From: a virus | Virus record (IMG/VR): IMGVR_UViG_3300017917_000894 | Coordinates: 1-64,000 of that record | Direction: 5' to 3' (one strand) | DNA length: 64,000 nt | Shown: positions 1 to 9,177 of the stretch, piece by piece | Layout: each line of letters opens with the position of its first letter | How positions within the stretch are numbered: position 1 is the first letter of the stretch | Position numbers and translations under genes: made by a program | Notes under the pieces: model-generated | Told to the model about the DNA's origin: nothing | The model's input: the letters and a program-made list of their open reading frames with translations, nothing else | The model's database searches: none

Positions 1-279
1 GATCCTAAAGATAATCCTTGCTGGAAGGGGTATCATCCTGTTGGCACAAAGAAAAAGGGCGGGCGTACAGTTCCCAACTGTGTACCCAATGCCAATGAAG
101 ATGCCTATATGGAAAGCCTGTGGAAGCAAATATATGAGAAAGCACCTCCAGGAGATAAGTACGAACGCATGGTCAAGCATATTAAAAAAGGATATGCTAA
201 AGATGGTAAAGTAACAGACAAGGAAAAGTCTATTGCTTATGCCACTGCATGGAAGGCTAAAAACAAAGCAAAAAAGTAA
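1..279 (+). CDS. 3' end of a probable virion/internal head protein (5'-truncated by the window)
   Basis: Frame 1 is open from base 1 to TAA 277-279. It contains CWKGYHPVGTKKKGGRTVPNCVP and IAYATAWK, short modules typical of T4-like large-phage virion proteins. Confidence 0.7.
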   Translation, partial: DPKDNPCWKGYHPVGTKKKGGRTVPNCVPNANEDAYMESLWKQIYEKAPPGDKYERMVKHIKKGYAKDGKVTDKEKSIAYATAWKAKNKAKK

Positions 280-319
280 GTGAGCAGGAACCACAAACTC
301 CAACAACGGAGCCTGCTCA
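251..319 (+). other. -1 programmed ribosomal frameshift signal
   Basis: SD-like GGAAGG 251-256; heptamer A AAA AAG 270-276; stem TGAGCAGG 281-288 / CCTGCTCA 312-319 with an inner CTCC/GGAG hairpin. Confidence 0.75.
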
Positions 320-506
320 AATTAAACCAGTTGGGCCGCAACCTAAACTTAAATCTGATATGCCGTTAGACTATTGGAAACAAAGATTTCAAACTGCCGA
401 TCCGAACCGTTATCACCAGTTTAAAAATAAAACACCTGAGAAAAAAGATCAAATGGCAGTAGCGGCCTACTATGATGCACATAAACCCAAGGCTTCTAAG
501 CAATGA
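270..506 (+). CDS. -1 frameshift extension of the upstream ORF (KKVSEQEPQ...QMAVAAYYDAHKPKASKQ)
   Basis: The -1 frame is open 261-506 with no start codon before ATG360, which lacks an SD. A_AAA_AAG lies at 270-276, and the TGA overlaps ATG503 of the next gene (ATGA). Confidence 0.75.
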   Translation, partial: KKVSEQEPQTPTTEPAQIKPVGPQPKLKSDMPLDYWKQRFQTADPNRYHQFKNKTPEKKDQMAVAAYYDAHKPKASKQ

Positions 507-922
507 GAAATTATATTAAAATTGTCGAAGCCATAGATAAAGGGTGCCCAATCGCTACTCACGACATAGATGTCAATTTAAAAAATCGTCAAAAGGCCAT
601 AGATGAGTATCATTATGGCCCAGCCAATCCAGAAGATCCCGGTAGCTACTGGAAAGACGCGGCCAAGCGTTGGAATATCACAGAAAAGACTGCCAAGACC
701 ATGAAGTGCGGTAATTGTGCGGCTTTTGATGTCAGTGATACAATGTGGAAATGTATTGAAGACGGTGTTAAAGGCGACGACAAGAATGTAGATGCTATGG
801 CCACAATACACAAGGCAGACCTAGGCTACTGCAACTTCTTACATTTCAAATGCGCTGGCACACGTAGCTGTACAGCATGGGTCACAGGTGGCGCAATAGA
901 TAACAAAGATAGAACCGAATAA
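503..922 (+). CDS. Cys-rich protein with HiPIP-like cysteine spacing
   Basis: CGNCAAF ... GYC ... FKC ... SCTAW; N-terminus MRNYIKIVE. Confidence 0.6.
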   Translation: MRNYIKIVEAIDKGCPIATHDIDVNLKNRQKAIDEYHYGPANPEDPGSYWKDAAKRWNITEKTAKTMKCGNCAAFDVSDTMWKCIEDGVKGDDKNVDAMATIHKADLGYCNFLHFKCAGTRSCTAWVTGGAIDNKDRTE

Positions 923-923
923 T

Positions 924-1550
924 ATGTTTAAGAGATTTGATGTTAACATAATCTCCAATCCAACTTGCTCAAAACCTATATATACCATCAATCCAGACGA
1001 CTTTCGTTATTACGATAAAGACGGATTTGAATTAAACCGGGCTGAACAAGAATATTATAGGATAATGAATCATCCTATACATCATGAAATTTTAAATCAT
1101 ACCTGTTGGCAAGAACCCTGGTTTGAACTAGAAAAACAAGATGCTGGCTTAATCTTAGATCACTGTATGATTTTACATCGTTGTAATTATACAGATCATG
1201 CTGCATACCAATTATCAAAAATTATAAAAGATGTTCCAACTGCCGAATTACTTTTAAATACTAAACAAAAATGGGGTTACGATTTTGCGTTAGATGCAGT
1301 ATCCCCCGAGGGCGAAGTATATGAAGTATTGCATATCGAGTTTGATCATACGGATTACGAAACTTTTAGCAAACATATGATCAGCTTTGAATTTACAGTA
1401 CGCCATACCGATTGGAAAGATGCCGCTAAAAAAATATTAGCACACAAAGATGAATGGAAAAACCTAAAAGGGTTCGAACAAAATAATTGGAAGGCCCATT
1501 TTTTAATTGGCTGGAAAAAAGCAGAATACACTGAAAAAAGTTTGACCTAA
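924..1550 (+). CDS. hypothetical phage protein
   Basis: 208-aa ORF tightly packed in the operon. Confidence 0.75.
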   Translation: MFKRFDVNIISNPTCSKPIYTINPDDFRYYDKDGFELNRAEQEYYRIMNHPIHHEILNHTCWQEPWFELEKQDAGLILDHCMILHRCNYTDHAAYQLSKIIKDVPTAELLLNTKQKWGYDFALDAVSPEGEVYEVLHIEFDHTDYETFSKHMISFEFTVRHTDWKDAAKKILAHKDEWKNLKGFEQNNWKAHFLIGWKKAEYTEKSLT

Positions 1551-1570
1551 GCTCGTCTGTACTATATACT
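1542..1570 (+). promoter_or_regulatory. sigma70-like promoter
   Basis: TTGACC-17 nt-TATACT upstream of SD AGGAGA and ATG1592. Confidence 0.65.
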
Positions 1571-1591
1571 ATATGATCACAGGAGAAAGTC

Positions 1592-1858
1592 ATGAGTAAA
1601 TCATTCGGTGCCCCGGAACAGGCTAAAATTAAGCAGATTGTTTCAGAAGGCGTCACAGTTATGCAGGAAATTCAGGATCTTACTGAAGGACTCAACGAAA
1701 CTATCAAAGCAGTAGCAGAAGAGCTAGAGGTAAAACCGTCAGTAATTAAAAAGGCAATTCGTATTGCACTTAAAGATCAGTGGGATCAAGTATTCCGTGA
1801 ATTTGACGATCTTGAAACTATTGTTGATATCAGCGGTCACGCTAATAGGAAAGAATAA
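1592..1858 (+). CDS. T4 DsbA/GapR-like double-stranded DNA-binding protein
   Basis: 88-aa helical protein, EIQDLTEGLNETIKAVAEELEVKPSVIKKAIRIA. Confidence 0.65.
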   Translation: MSKSFGAPEQAKIKQIVSEGVTVMQEIQDLTEGLNETIKAVAEELEVKPSVIKKAIRIALKDQWDQVFREFDDLETIVDISGHANRKE

Positions 1859-1962
1859 TGTTTACCTGGATAACCAATCTTTTTAAAAGATGGAAACAAA
1901 ACAAAGAACGCAAACAGAGGCTAGAAGAATTGCGTAAACGAGATCCGTTTATCTATAAATGA
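1858..1962 (+). CDS. 34-aa small protein (MFTWITNLFKRW...LEELRKRDPFIYK)
   Basis: Fills the gap exactly, with TAATG and ATGA overlaps at the two ends; below the ORF-track cutoff. Confidence 0.7.
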   Translation: MFTWITNLFKRWKQNKERKQRLEELRKRDPFIYK

Positions 1963-3431
1963 TTATATGGGGAATCAGTGCCAACAGTCACGATGCTGCG
2001 TTAAGTGTATGGCACGATAAAGAAATTAAATTTGCCGCGCACAGCGAAAGATACAGCAAAATTAAAAATGATCCCCATCTTCATTCGGACTTAATTAAAG
2101 AAGCCGAATATTATGGTAAGCCTGATCTAGTCGTATGGTACGAAGATCCGAGATTAAAAACTCTTAGACAATTAAGAGCAGGACAAGGCTGGCAGTGGCA
2201 GGAAAATAACATCCGCGCCTATCTGCAAAAATATAATATCAATGCAAGAGTAAAATACTCAGGTCATCACCATAGTCATGCCGCTGCCGGGTATTATACT
2301 AGCCAATGTCAGGATGCCAGCGTTATCTGTTTAGATAGCATCGGTGAGTTTGAAACATTGACTATCTGGAAAGGCGTTGGTAACAATCTACATAAGTGGT
2401 ATAGCCAAGGCTACCCGCATAGTGTAGGTCTGTGGTTTAGTGCTATGACACAACGTTGCGGTCTTAAACCCAACGAAGAAGAATACATTCTCATGGGTAT
2501 GGCAGCATACGGCGACCCAACAAGATTACACAACACAATATTAGAAGACTTTTTTAAGTCAATAGCTGCTCCAGAAATTAAGTTCAAACAAAATTTGCAC
2601 AGAGGTTGCCGAGATTGGAGACCGGATCTTAATTCAGAACAAGATATTTTTGATATTGCCGCAGCTACTCAATCTGTTTACACAGAAATACTAAAAAATC
2701 TAGTTACATGGACTCGAGAAAATCTATATAGTAAAAATCTTATTTTAATGGGCGGATGTGCTTTAAATTGTCTAGCTAATAGTTCTGTTACCGAAGGGTG
2801 GGACTCTGTATGGATTATGCCTAACCCAGGTGATGCAGGCAGTGCCATCGGCGGTGTGGCGGCCTATCTCGGAGAGCATGTTCAGTGGACTGGTCCATAT
2901 TTGGGCACTAACCTCGGAAATGAATATCCTGTTGATCAATTAGTCAATTGTTTACAGCATAGTAAAATTGCCGGCGTTGCATCTGGTCCTGCCGAATTCG
3001 GTCCGAGAGCATTAGGTCATCGTAGTCTACTAGCAGATCCCCGAGGTGGAGATATAAAAGACCGTGTCAATGATATTAAACGACGACAAAAATTTAGACC
3101 GTTTGCTCCAGCAATATTAGAGGAACACCTTCATGAATATTTTGAAATGCCTGTAGGAATTGACAAAAGTCCTTACATGCAGTTTGTGGCAAAGTGTAGA
3201 CATCCTGACCTCTTTCCTGCTATAATTCATGCTGACGGTACTAGTCGTGTTCAATCTGTCGGTAAAGAAGACAGTCCGGGATTTAGAAAATTATTAGAAA
3301 CATGGTATGTCGAAACGGGATGTCCTATGTTATTGAATACAAGTCTAAATATCAAAGGACAACCAATGGTTAACGATCTAGTTGACGTTCAAGAATTTGA
3401 AAGAAAATACAATGTTAGAGTTTTTTCGTAA
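1959..3431 (+). CDS. carbamoyltransferase, NodU/CmcH family
   Basis: HDAA at the N-terminus, HHxSHAA, GGCALNC, GDAGSAIG, EFGPRALGHRS, RPFAP, LLNTSLN. Confidence 0.92.
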   Translation: MIIWGISANSHDAALSVWHDKEIKFAAHSERYSKIKNDPHLHSDLIKEAEYYGKPDLVVWYEDPRLKTLRQLRAGQGWQWQENNIRAYLQKYNINARVKYSGHHHSHAAAGYYTSQCQDASVICLDSIGEFETLTIWKGVGNNLHKWYSQGYPHSVGLWFSAMTQRCGLKPNEEEYILMGMAAYGDPTRLHNTILEDFFKSIAAPEIKFKQNLHRGCRDWRPDLNSEQDIFDIAAATQSVYTEILKNLVTWTRENLYSKNLILMGGCALNCLANSSVTEGWDSVWIMPNPGDAGSAIGGVAAYLGEHVQWTGPYLGTNLGNEYPVDQLVNCLQHSKIAGVASGPAEFGPRALGHRSLLADPRGGDIKDRVNDIKRRQKFRPFAPAILEEHLHEYFEMPVGIDKSPYMQFVAKCRHPDLFPAIIHADGTSRVQSVGKEDSPGFRKLLETWYVETGCPMLLNTSLNIKGQPMVNDLVDVQEFERKYNVRVFS

Positions 3432-3654
3432 TCGGTCGTGGGAATTTTGGTTTGAATGGTCAATGACCATTATCCTTATTATCGGTGTAGTGTTAACTAG
3501 TTTTAATATATATCCCCTCAATCTTTGGATTCTACTAGTTGGAAATCTGGGTTGGGTTTTTCTAGGCATAATCTGGAAAAAGTGGAGTTTGATTATAGTT
3601 CAAAGTTTGATTACAATTATCTATATCGCAGGTGTTGTAAAAATTCTACTATAA
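3412..3654 (+). CDS. small integral membrane protein (about 3 TM helices)
   Basis: Strongly hydrophobic 80 aa; ATG3412 preferred over the track start at 3382. Confidence 0.65.
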   Translation: MLEFFRNRSWEFWFEWSMTIILIIGVVLTSFNIYPLNLWILLVGNLGWVFLGIIWKKWSLIIVQSLITIIYIAGVVKILL

Positions 3655-3657
3655 ATA
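3650..3657 (+). promoter_or_regulatory. T4-type late promoter TATAAATA
   Basis: Exact consensus upstream of the DNA polymerase gene. Confidence 0.55.
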
Positions 3658-3666
3658 ATTTTGAGA

Positions 3667-3720
3667 AAGGTTTAGCGAGCCATAAATCGCACTAGTAAGG
3701 TTTGCCGGCCATAAGCGGTA
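3667..3720 (+). promoter_or_regulatory. tandem hairpin RNA element in the DNA polymerase leader (probable translational operator)
   Basis: Two copies of AAGGTTT-stem-GCCATAA(A/G)-stem: GCGA/TCGC and TGCCG/CGGTA. The second abuts SD GGAG 3721-3724. Confidence 0.7.
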
Positions 3721-3730
3721 GGAGAAAAAT

Positions 3731-6403
3731 ATGAGTTATGTCGATGCCATCTGGGATCGTGACAAAGATGCTATCTTTGTTGTCGAGCGAGATCCTAAAA
3801 AAGGCAGAATTTATCAAGAATATCCAGCTCGATACGTCTTTTATTATCCCGATTCTAAGGGCAAATATAAATCAATTTACGGAGACAACCTGTCCCGTGT
3901 AGTTACAAAATCATATAAAGACTTTCAAAAAGAACAAAGAATTCACAGCGGACATAGATTGTTCGAAAGTGATATTAACCCCATATTCCGTGTCTTAGAA
4001 GAAAATTACCTAGGCAAAGAAGAACCGAAGTTACATACTGCCTTTTTCGACATTGAAGTCGACTTTGATCCAGAACGCGGCTATGCATCACCCGATGATG
4101 CATTCATGCCAATTACGGCTATTACAATTTGCCTACAATGGCTAAACACGCTAGTAACACTGGCAGTTCCGCCCAAGACTGTAACACTGGCACAGGCTCA
4201 AGAAGCGGTTAAAGACTTCCCTAATACACATCTGTTTGAGACAGAGGCAGAAATGCTAGAAATGTTTCTACAGCTAATTGAAGATGCCGATGTACTAAGT
4301 GGTTGGAACTCGGAAGGCTTCGATATTCCGTACACTATCAACAGAGTTACAAAAGTACTAAGCAAAGAAGATACTCGCAGATTCTGCTTATGGAATCAGA
4401 TGCCTAAAAAGAGAGAATACGAAAAATATGGTAAGACTGCTATTACTTATGATCTTGTTGGTCGGGTCCATCTTGACAGTCTTGAATTATATCGCAAATA
4501 CACCTACGAAGAACGGCACAGCTACCGACTGGATGCAATCGGAGAAATGGAAGTAGGCGAATCAAAGACTGTTTATGAAGGAACATTAGATCAGCTTTAT
4601 AATAACGATTTCCGTAAATTCATTGAATATAATAGACAGGATACTGCGCTGCTAGATAAACTAGATAGAAAACTAAAATTCTTAGACCTAGCTAATAAAA
4701 TTGCTCACGAAAACACTGTGCTATTGCAGACCACACTAGGTGCTGTAGCAGTTACTGAACAAGCAATTATTAATGAAGCGCATCATAGAGGTATGATTGT
4801 CCCCAGTCGTACTAAAAGAGACGAACTAGGAGACACACAGGCCGCAGGTGCCTATGTTGCATATCCTAAAAAAGGACTACATGAATGGATTGGATCAATT
4901 GATATTAACAGTCTGTATCCGTCTGTGATTAGAGCGTTAAACATGGGACCAGAAACTATTATAGGTCAATTACGTCCAGAAAAGACAGATCATTTTATTC
5001 AGGATCAAATGCTGGCTCACAAAAAATCATTTGCGGCCGCATGGGAAGGAATGTTCGGAACCATCGAATACGATGCAGTCATGAAACAAGATAAGGCCAT
5101 CGAAATCACAATTGATTGGGAAAACGGCGAATCGTCTGTGCTTTCCGGAGCAGAAGCATACAGATTAATTTTTGAAAGTGGCCAGCCTTGGATGTTAAGT
5201 GCAAATGGTACTATTTTTACCTATGACAACGAGGGAGTGATCCCTGGTTTGTTAAAAAGGTGGTACGCTGAACGTAAAGAATTACAGGCAAAACTTAAAG
5301 CATCAAAAGATGCAGGCAATGCAATCGAAGAAGAATACTGGGACAAGCGGCAGTTGGTTAAGAAGATTAACCTGAACAGCTTGTATGGTGCTATTCTTAA
5401 TCCAGGCTGTAGATTCTTTGATAAACGTATTGGGCAGAGTACTACATTAACTGGTCGAAGCATTGCACGATATATGGCAGGCAAGGTCAATGAATTAATT
5501 ACTGGAGATTTTGATCACGTAGGTAAGAGCATAATTTACGGTGATACTGACAGTTGTTATTTCAGTGCCTACAGTACATTAAAAACTGACATTCAGAAAA
5601 AACAAATTCCCTGGGACAGGGATATTGTTATCCAACTCTATAATCAAATTGCCGATAGAGTTAATGCTACTTTTCCAGAATTTATGCAAGAAGCATTCCA
5701 TTGCCCTAAGAGCCGAGGAGAGGTGATTAAAGGCGGTAGAGAAATTGTTGCATCAAAAGGATTGTTTATTACAAAAAAACGATATGCTGTTCTCTATTAC
5801 GATAAAGACGGGAAACGCTACGACCTAGAAGGTAAACCTGGAAAAATCAAGGCCATGGGTTTGGACCTCAAACGCAGTGATACTCCAGAATTTATGCAGA
5901 AGTTTCTAGAAGAAGTTCTTACTAAGGTACTTAACGGTGCCGAAGAAAAAGAAGTTCTAGAAATGATCAGTGAATTTAGAACAGAATTTAAAGCACGACC
6001 CGGTTGGGAAAAAGGCAGTCCTAAACGGGCCAACAATATTACAGAATACGATGCCGAAGAAAAGAAGAAGGGCAAAGCAAACATGCCTGGACATGTTCGA
6101 GCTAGTATTAACTGGAATACCTTGAAACGCATGAATGGCGACAAATATTCTATGAACATTGTCGATGGCATGAAAGTAATTGTCTGTAAGCTAAAGGATA
6201 ATCCTTTAGGTTATACCAGCGTTGCGTATCCAACAGACGAGCTTCGTTTACCTAAATGGTTCCAAGAATTACCATTTGATCATTCAGAAATGGAAGCTAC
6301 CATTATCAATAACAAACTAGATAACCTTATTGGTGTACTAGAATGGGATCTAGATTCTACTAAAGAAGATAATACATTTGGCAAATTGTTTTCTTTTGAT
6401 TAA
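3731..6403 (+). CDS. family B DNA polymerase (gp43-like)
   Basis: Exo I FDIEV, GWNSEGFDIPY, DINSLYPS, KINLNSLYG, YGDTDS, KKRY. Confidence 0.97.
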   Translation: MSYVDAIWDRDKDAIFVVERDPKKGRIYQEYPARYVFYYPDSKGKYKSIYGDNLSRVVTKSYKDFQKEQRIHSGHRLFESDINPIFRVLEENYLGKEEPKLHTAFFDIEVDFDPERGYASPDDAFMPITAITICLQWLNTLVTLAVPPKTVTLAQAQEAVKDFPNTHLFETEAEMLEMFLQLIEDADVLSGWNSEGFDIPYTINRVTKVLSKEDTRRFCLWNQMPKKREYEKYGKTAITYDLVGRVHLDSLELYRKYTYEERHSYRLDAIGEMEVGESKTVYEGTLDQLYNNDFRKFIEYNRQDTALLDKLDRKLKFLDLANKIAHENTVLLQTTLGAVAVTEQAIINEAHHRGMIVPSRTKRDELGDTQAAGAYVAYPKKGLHEWIGSIDINSLYPSVIRALNMGPETIIGQLRPEKTDHFIQDQMLAHKKSFAAAWEGMFGTIEYDAVMKQDKAIEITIDWENGESSVLSGAEAYRLIFESGQPWMLSANGTIFTYDNEGVIPGLLKRWYAERKELQAKLKASKDAGNAIEEEYWDKRQLVKKINLNSLYGAILNPGCRFFDKRIGQSTTLTGRSIARYMAGKVNELITGDFDHVGKSIIYGDTDSCYFSAYSTLKTDIQKKQIPWDRDIVIQLYNQIADRVNATFPEFMQEAFHCPKSRGEVIKGGREIVASKGLFITKKRYAVLYYDKDGKRYDLEGKPGKIKAMGLDLKRSDTPEFMQKFLEEVLTKVLNGAEEKEVLEMISEFRTEFKARPGWEKGSPKRANNITEYDAEEKKKGKANMPGHVRASINWNTLKRMNGDKYSMNIVDGMKVIVCKLKDNPLGYTSVAYPTDELRLPKWFQELPFDHSEMEATIINNKLDNLIGVLEWDLDSTKEDNTFGKLFSFD

Positions 6404-6413
6404 CAAATTGTTG

Positions 6414-6442
6414 TTGACTTTTTCCACTTGCCTAAATAAAAT
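6414..6442 (+). promoter_or_regulatory. sigma70-like promoter overlapping a late-like CTAAATA
   Basis: TTGACT-17 nt-TAAAAT. Confidence 0.55.
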
Positions 6443-6459
6443 TAACAAAAGGACTTATT

Positions 6460-7194
6460 ATGAAAGATATTTTACAAGACATCGTGTCACATACACACAA
6501 CCTAGGTTTTCTTAACACAGTTAAGATTACAGGTGACGATAAAAAAACACAGATCGATTCTATGGCCGATGATCGTACTGTTATCATGTTCGGTGAAACC
6601 GCAAATCCTTATCCGGATATGATCGGCATTTTCGGTATGCCTCAAATGAGCAAACTAAAATATTTGCTCGATTGTCCAGAATACAAAGAGGGTGCATCTA
6701 TTGAAGTTGTTAAAGTAGATAGAAACGGCGAAGAAGTTCCAACGGGACTGCATTTCGAAAATGCTACTAAAGACTTCAAAAATGATTATCGGTTTATGAA
6801 CACTGAAATTATCAACGAAAAACTCAAGACTGTTAAGTTTCGCGGTGTTAAGTGGGACGTTGAAGTAACTCCAAGTCTTGCCAGTATTCAACGTTTTAGC
6901 TTCCAAGCGGCTGCTAACAACGAACACACCACATTCCTTGCTAAAACAGATAGCGGTAATTTAAAGTTTACCTTCGGTGATGCTGCCAGCCACGGCGGAG
7001 AGTTTGTATTTGCTACTGGCGTAGTAGGAAATTTAACTAAAGGCTGGACTTGGCCTGTACTGCCAGTATTAAGTATTCTTAAGGCGGCAGATGTAAACAA
7101 TTGCACAATGAGCCTAAGTAACGAAGGAGCATTGCAAATCACTCTAGACAGCGGTCTAGCTGTTTACAAATATATTATTCCTGCACAGACCTAA
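6460..7194 (+). CDS. probable sliding clamp (gp45-like)
   Basis: 244 aa, clamp-like alpha/beta pattern, C-terminal YKYIIPA, directly after the polymerase. Confidence 0.6.
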   Translation: MKDILQDIVSHTHNLGFLNTVKITGDDKKTQIDSMADDRTVIMFGETANPYPDMIGIFGMPQMSKLKYLLDCPEYKEGASIEVVKVDRNGEEVPTGLHFENATKDFKNDYRFMNTEIINEKLKTVKFRGVKWDVEVTPSLASIQRFSFQAAANNEHTTFLAKTDSGNLKFTFGDAASHGGEFVFATGVVGNLTKGWTWPVLPVLSILKAADVNNCTMSLSNEGALQITLDSGLAVYKYIIPAQT

Positions 7195-7195
7195 T

Positions 7196-7282
7196 ATGTT
7201 AGAAGCAATAATTTTACTTCCAGGAGTTGCACTAATATTGTTCTTACTTTGGAAGGCATTTCAAGTATCAAGCGATGATTAA
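7196..7282 (+). CDS. 28-aa single-TM peptide
   Basis: MLEAIILLPGVALILFLLWKAFQVSSDD fills the intergenic gap. Confidence 0.5.
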   Translation: MLEAIILLPGVALILFLLWKAFQVSSDD

Positions 7283-7640
7283 AACTTTAGCAGGCACTAA
7301 TCATATTCAAGTCACAGGCGGCAATGGGTTTGCTCCATATGTTAATATGAGTAATCCTAGCGCCGGTATGATGCGATACAACGGTTCAAATCAACAAATG
7401 GAAGTCTATGACGGCATGAGTTGGTTACAAATGTCATCTGATCATGCCTACGTTAGCCTAGATCCAAGTGCGACTGCGGTCATTGCATGGGCTATGCAAA
7501 AAATGGCCGAAGAATCAAAATTGCAAAAAATGGCGCACGAACATCCTGCTGTTCGCGCAGCCTACGAAGCCTTTAAGCGGGCAGGCGAACAGTTACAAAC
7601 AACAATCATATTGAGCGAAGATGAAAAATCCACCAGTTAA
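7275..7640 (+). CDS. hypothetical phage protein
   Basis: 121-aa ORF overlapping its neighbours. Confidence 0.7.
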   Translation: MIKTLAGTNHIQVTGGNGFAPYVNMSNPSAGMMRYNGSNQQMEVYDGMSWLQMSSDHAYVSLDPSATAVIAWAMQKMAEESKLQKMAHEHPAVRAAYEAFKRAGEQLQTTIILSEDEKSTS

Positions 7641-9177
7641 TCTAACACCATTACAAAAAGACTATGCAGTTTACCTTCCGGCCATTAGTTCTTTCTATTC
7701 TACCTATGTTGCAAAACAACGGTTAGAAGAGTTTGTTCCTACAAGTCGAATTCCTAAAGGATTTGATCGAGGCATCGAAGGAATGAATTTCCTTAACAAA
7801 GAACAAGGCTATTTTACCTACAAGTATGCTCTTTATTCTGCAGGTCATGCACAGCTTGATATCGTCAAAGCACAAACCCAAGAATCAATGATTCAGCAAA
7901 GAGATAGAGGCAAGACTCTTATCCTAGGAGACTCCGGCGGATATCAGATTGGTAAGGGTGTTCTTAAATTTGATTGGTTGAACTTCGAAGGAGCCGAAGC
8001 AAACAAAACTCGTCAAAAAATTCTAGAGTGGCTGGAAGCAACCGCTGACTGGTCTATGATGCTAGATGTTCCTACCTGGGCCTGCGATCATATTCATAGT
8101 CCTAAGACAGGACTAAAGACATTTGAAGACTGTCTAGATAAAACTAGATTCAACAATGATTACTTCCTAAAGAATCGATTAGGTGCTACCAAGTGGCTCA
8201 ACGTTCTACAAGGCAGTGATTGGGATACCGCAGAAAAATGGTATAACGGTGTTAAAGAGTTTAGCGACCCGAACGGCCCTTATGCAGGCAAGGAAGCAGA
8301 AGGTTGGGCATTCGGTGGTGCTAACATGTGTAAAATGGATATCACGCTCAAGCGTCTAATGACGCTTCGCGAAGACGGTTTGCTGAAAGGCAAAAATTGG
8401 ATCCACTTCCTGGGCACCGCTCAGTTAGATTGGAGTTGCTACTTAACTTTAATTCAAAGGGAAATTAGGAAACATATCAATGAAGAAATTACCATATCTT
8501 TTGACTGCGCCTCACCGTTTATCGCAACAGCACACGGACTTGTCTACACAAACGCAGTCCACACGCCAAAGAGGTGGAGTGTTATTATGGACAAAGCCCC
8601 AGATAACAAAGCACTTGCAGGCAGCGACATCCCATTCCCATTCGAAAGTGAAGTCGGTCGCAGAATGACGTTAGGTGACATCTGTCACTATGCTCCGGGT
8701 ATGTTGAACAAGATTGGAAAAGAAGGTAAGACCTCGTGGGATAGTTTTGCTTACGCTCTCATGATGGGTCATAATGTTTATTGCCACATAGTGGCCGTTC
8801 AACGTGCTCAGCAATTAATGGATATCGAAATTGCTAAAACTAAAGGAAAAATTAATTGGCGTGCTTGGAAAAAGGTCAAAGCTCAAGATATGAGCGACGA
8901 ATACAGTGACTGGGTTCCTCGAAATATTCTTTACTTTGCAAATTTTATCGAAGATCTGTTTAATACAAAAACTAAAGCCGATGCGTTTGATATGATTGAA
9001 CAAGCTGGTCCATTTTTACGTTCGTTAGAAGGTGCTCGACTACAGGGAGGTCCTGCACAAAACAAATTCAATAGCCTATTTGAAATTGAAGAAGTTACTA
9101 AGCAAGAAGAAATTGATCTTGCCAATCCAGATGATGACGAACTCCGCGCTTTAGAAGAAAGTGTCACAGGAGAATGA
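7621..9177 (+). CDS. TGT/DpdA-fold base-exchange transglycosylase
   Basis: TGT motifs in order: DSGGYQ, MMLDVP, NVLQG, GWAFGG, IHFLG, SFDCASP (nucleophile Asp), HNVY. No CxCxxC zinc site. Confidence 0.85.
   Translation: MKNPPVNLTPLQKDYAVYLPAISSFYSTYVAKQRLEEFVPTSRIPKGFDRGIEGMNFLNKEQGYFTYKYALYSAGHAQLDIVKAQTQESMIQQRDRGKTLILGDSGGYQIGKGVLKFDWLNFEGAEANKTRQKILEWLEATADWSMMLDVPTWACDHIHSPKTGLKTFEDCLDKTRFNNDYFLKNRLGATKWLNVLQGSDWDTAEKWYNGVKEFSDPNGPYAGKEAEGWAFGGANMCKMDITLKRLMTLREDGLLKGKNWIHFLGTAQLDWSCYLTLIQREIRKHINEEITISFDCASPFIATAHGLVYTNAVHTPKRWSVIMDKAPDNKALAGSDIPFPFESEVGRRMTLGDICHYAPGMLNKIGKEGKTSWDSFAYALMMGHNVYCHIVAVQRAQQLMDIEIAKTKGKINWRAWKKVKAQDMSDEYSDWVPRNILYFANFIEDLFNTKTKADAFDMIEQAGPFLRSLEGARLQGGPAQNKFNSLFEIEEVTKQEEIDLANPDDDELRALEESVTGE

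Noticed and set aside
3731-6403. Inteins or introns in the polymerase (also checked thyA and gp46)
   Set aside because: Continuous ORFs of normal length, with no intein terminal motifs.
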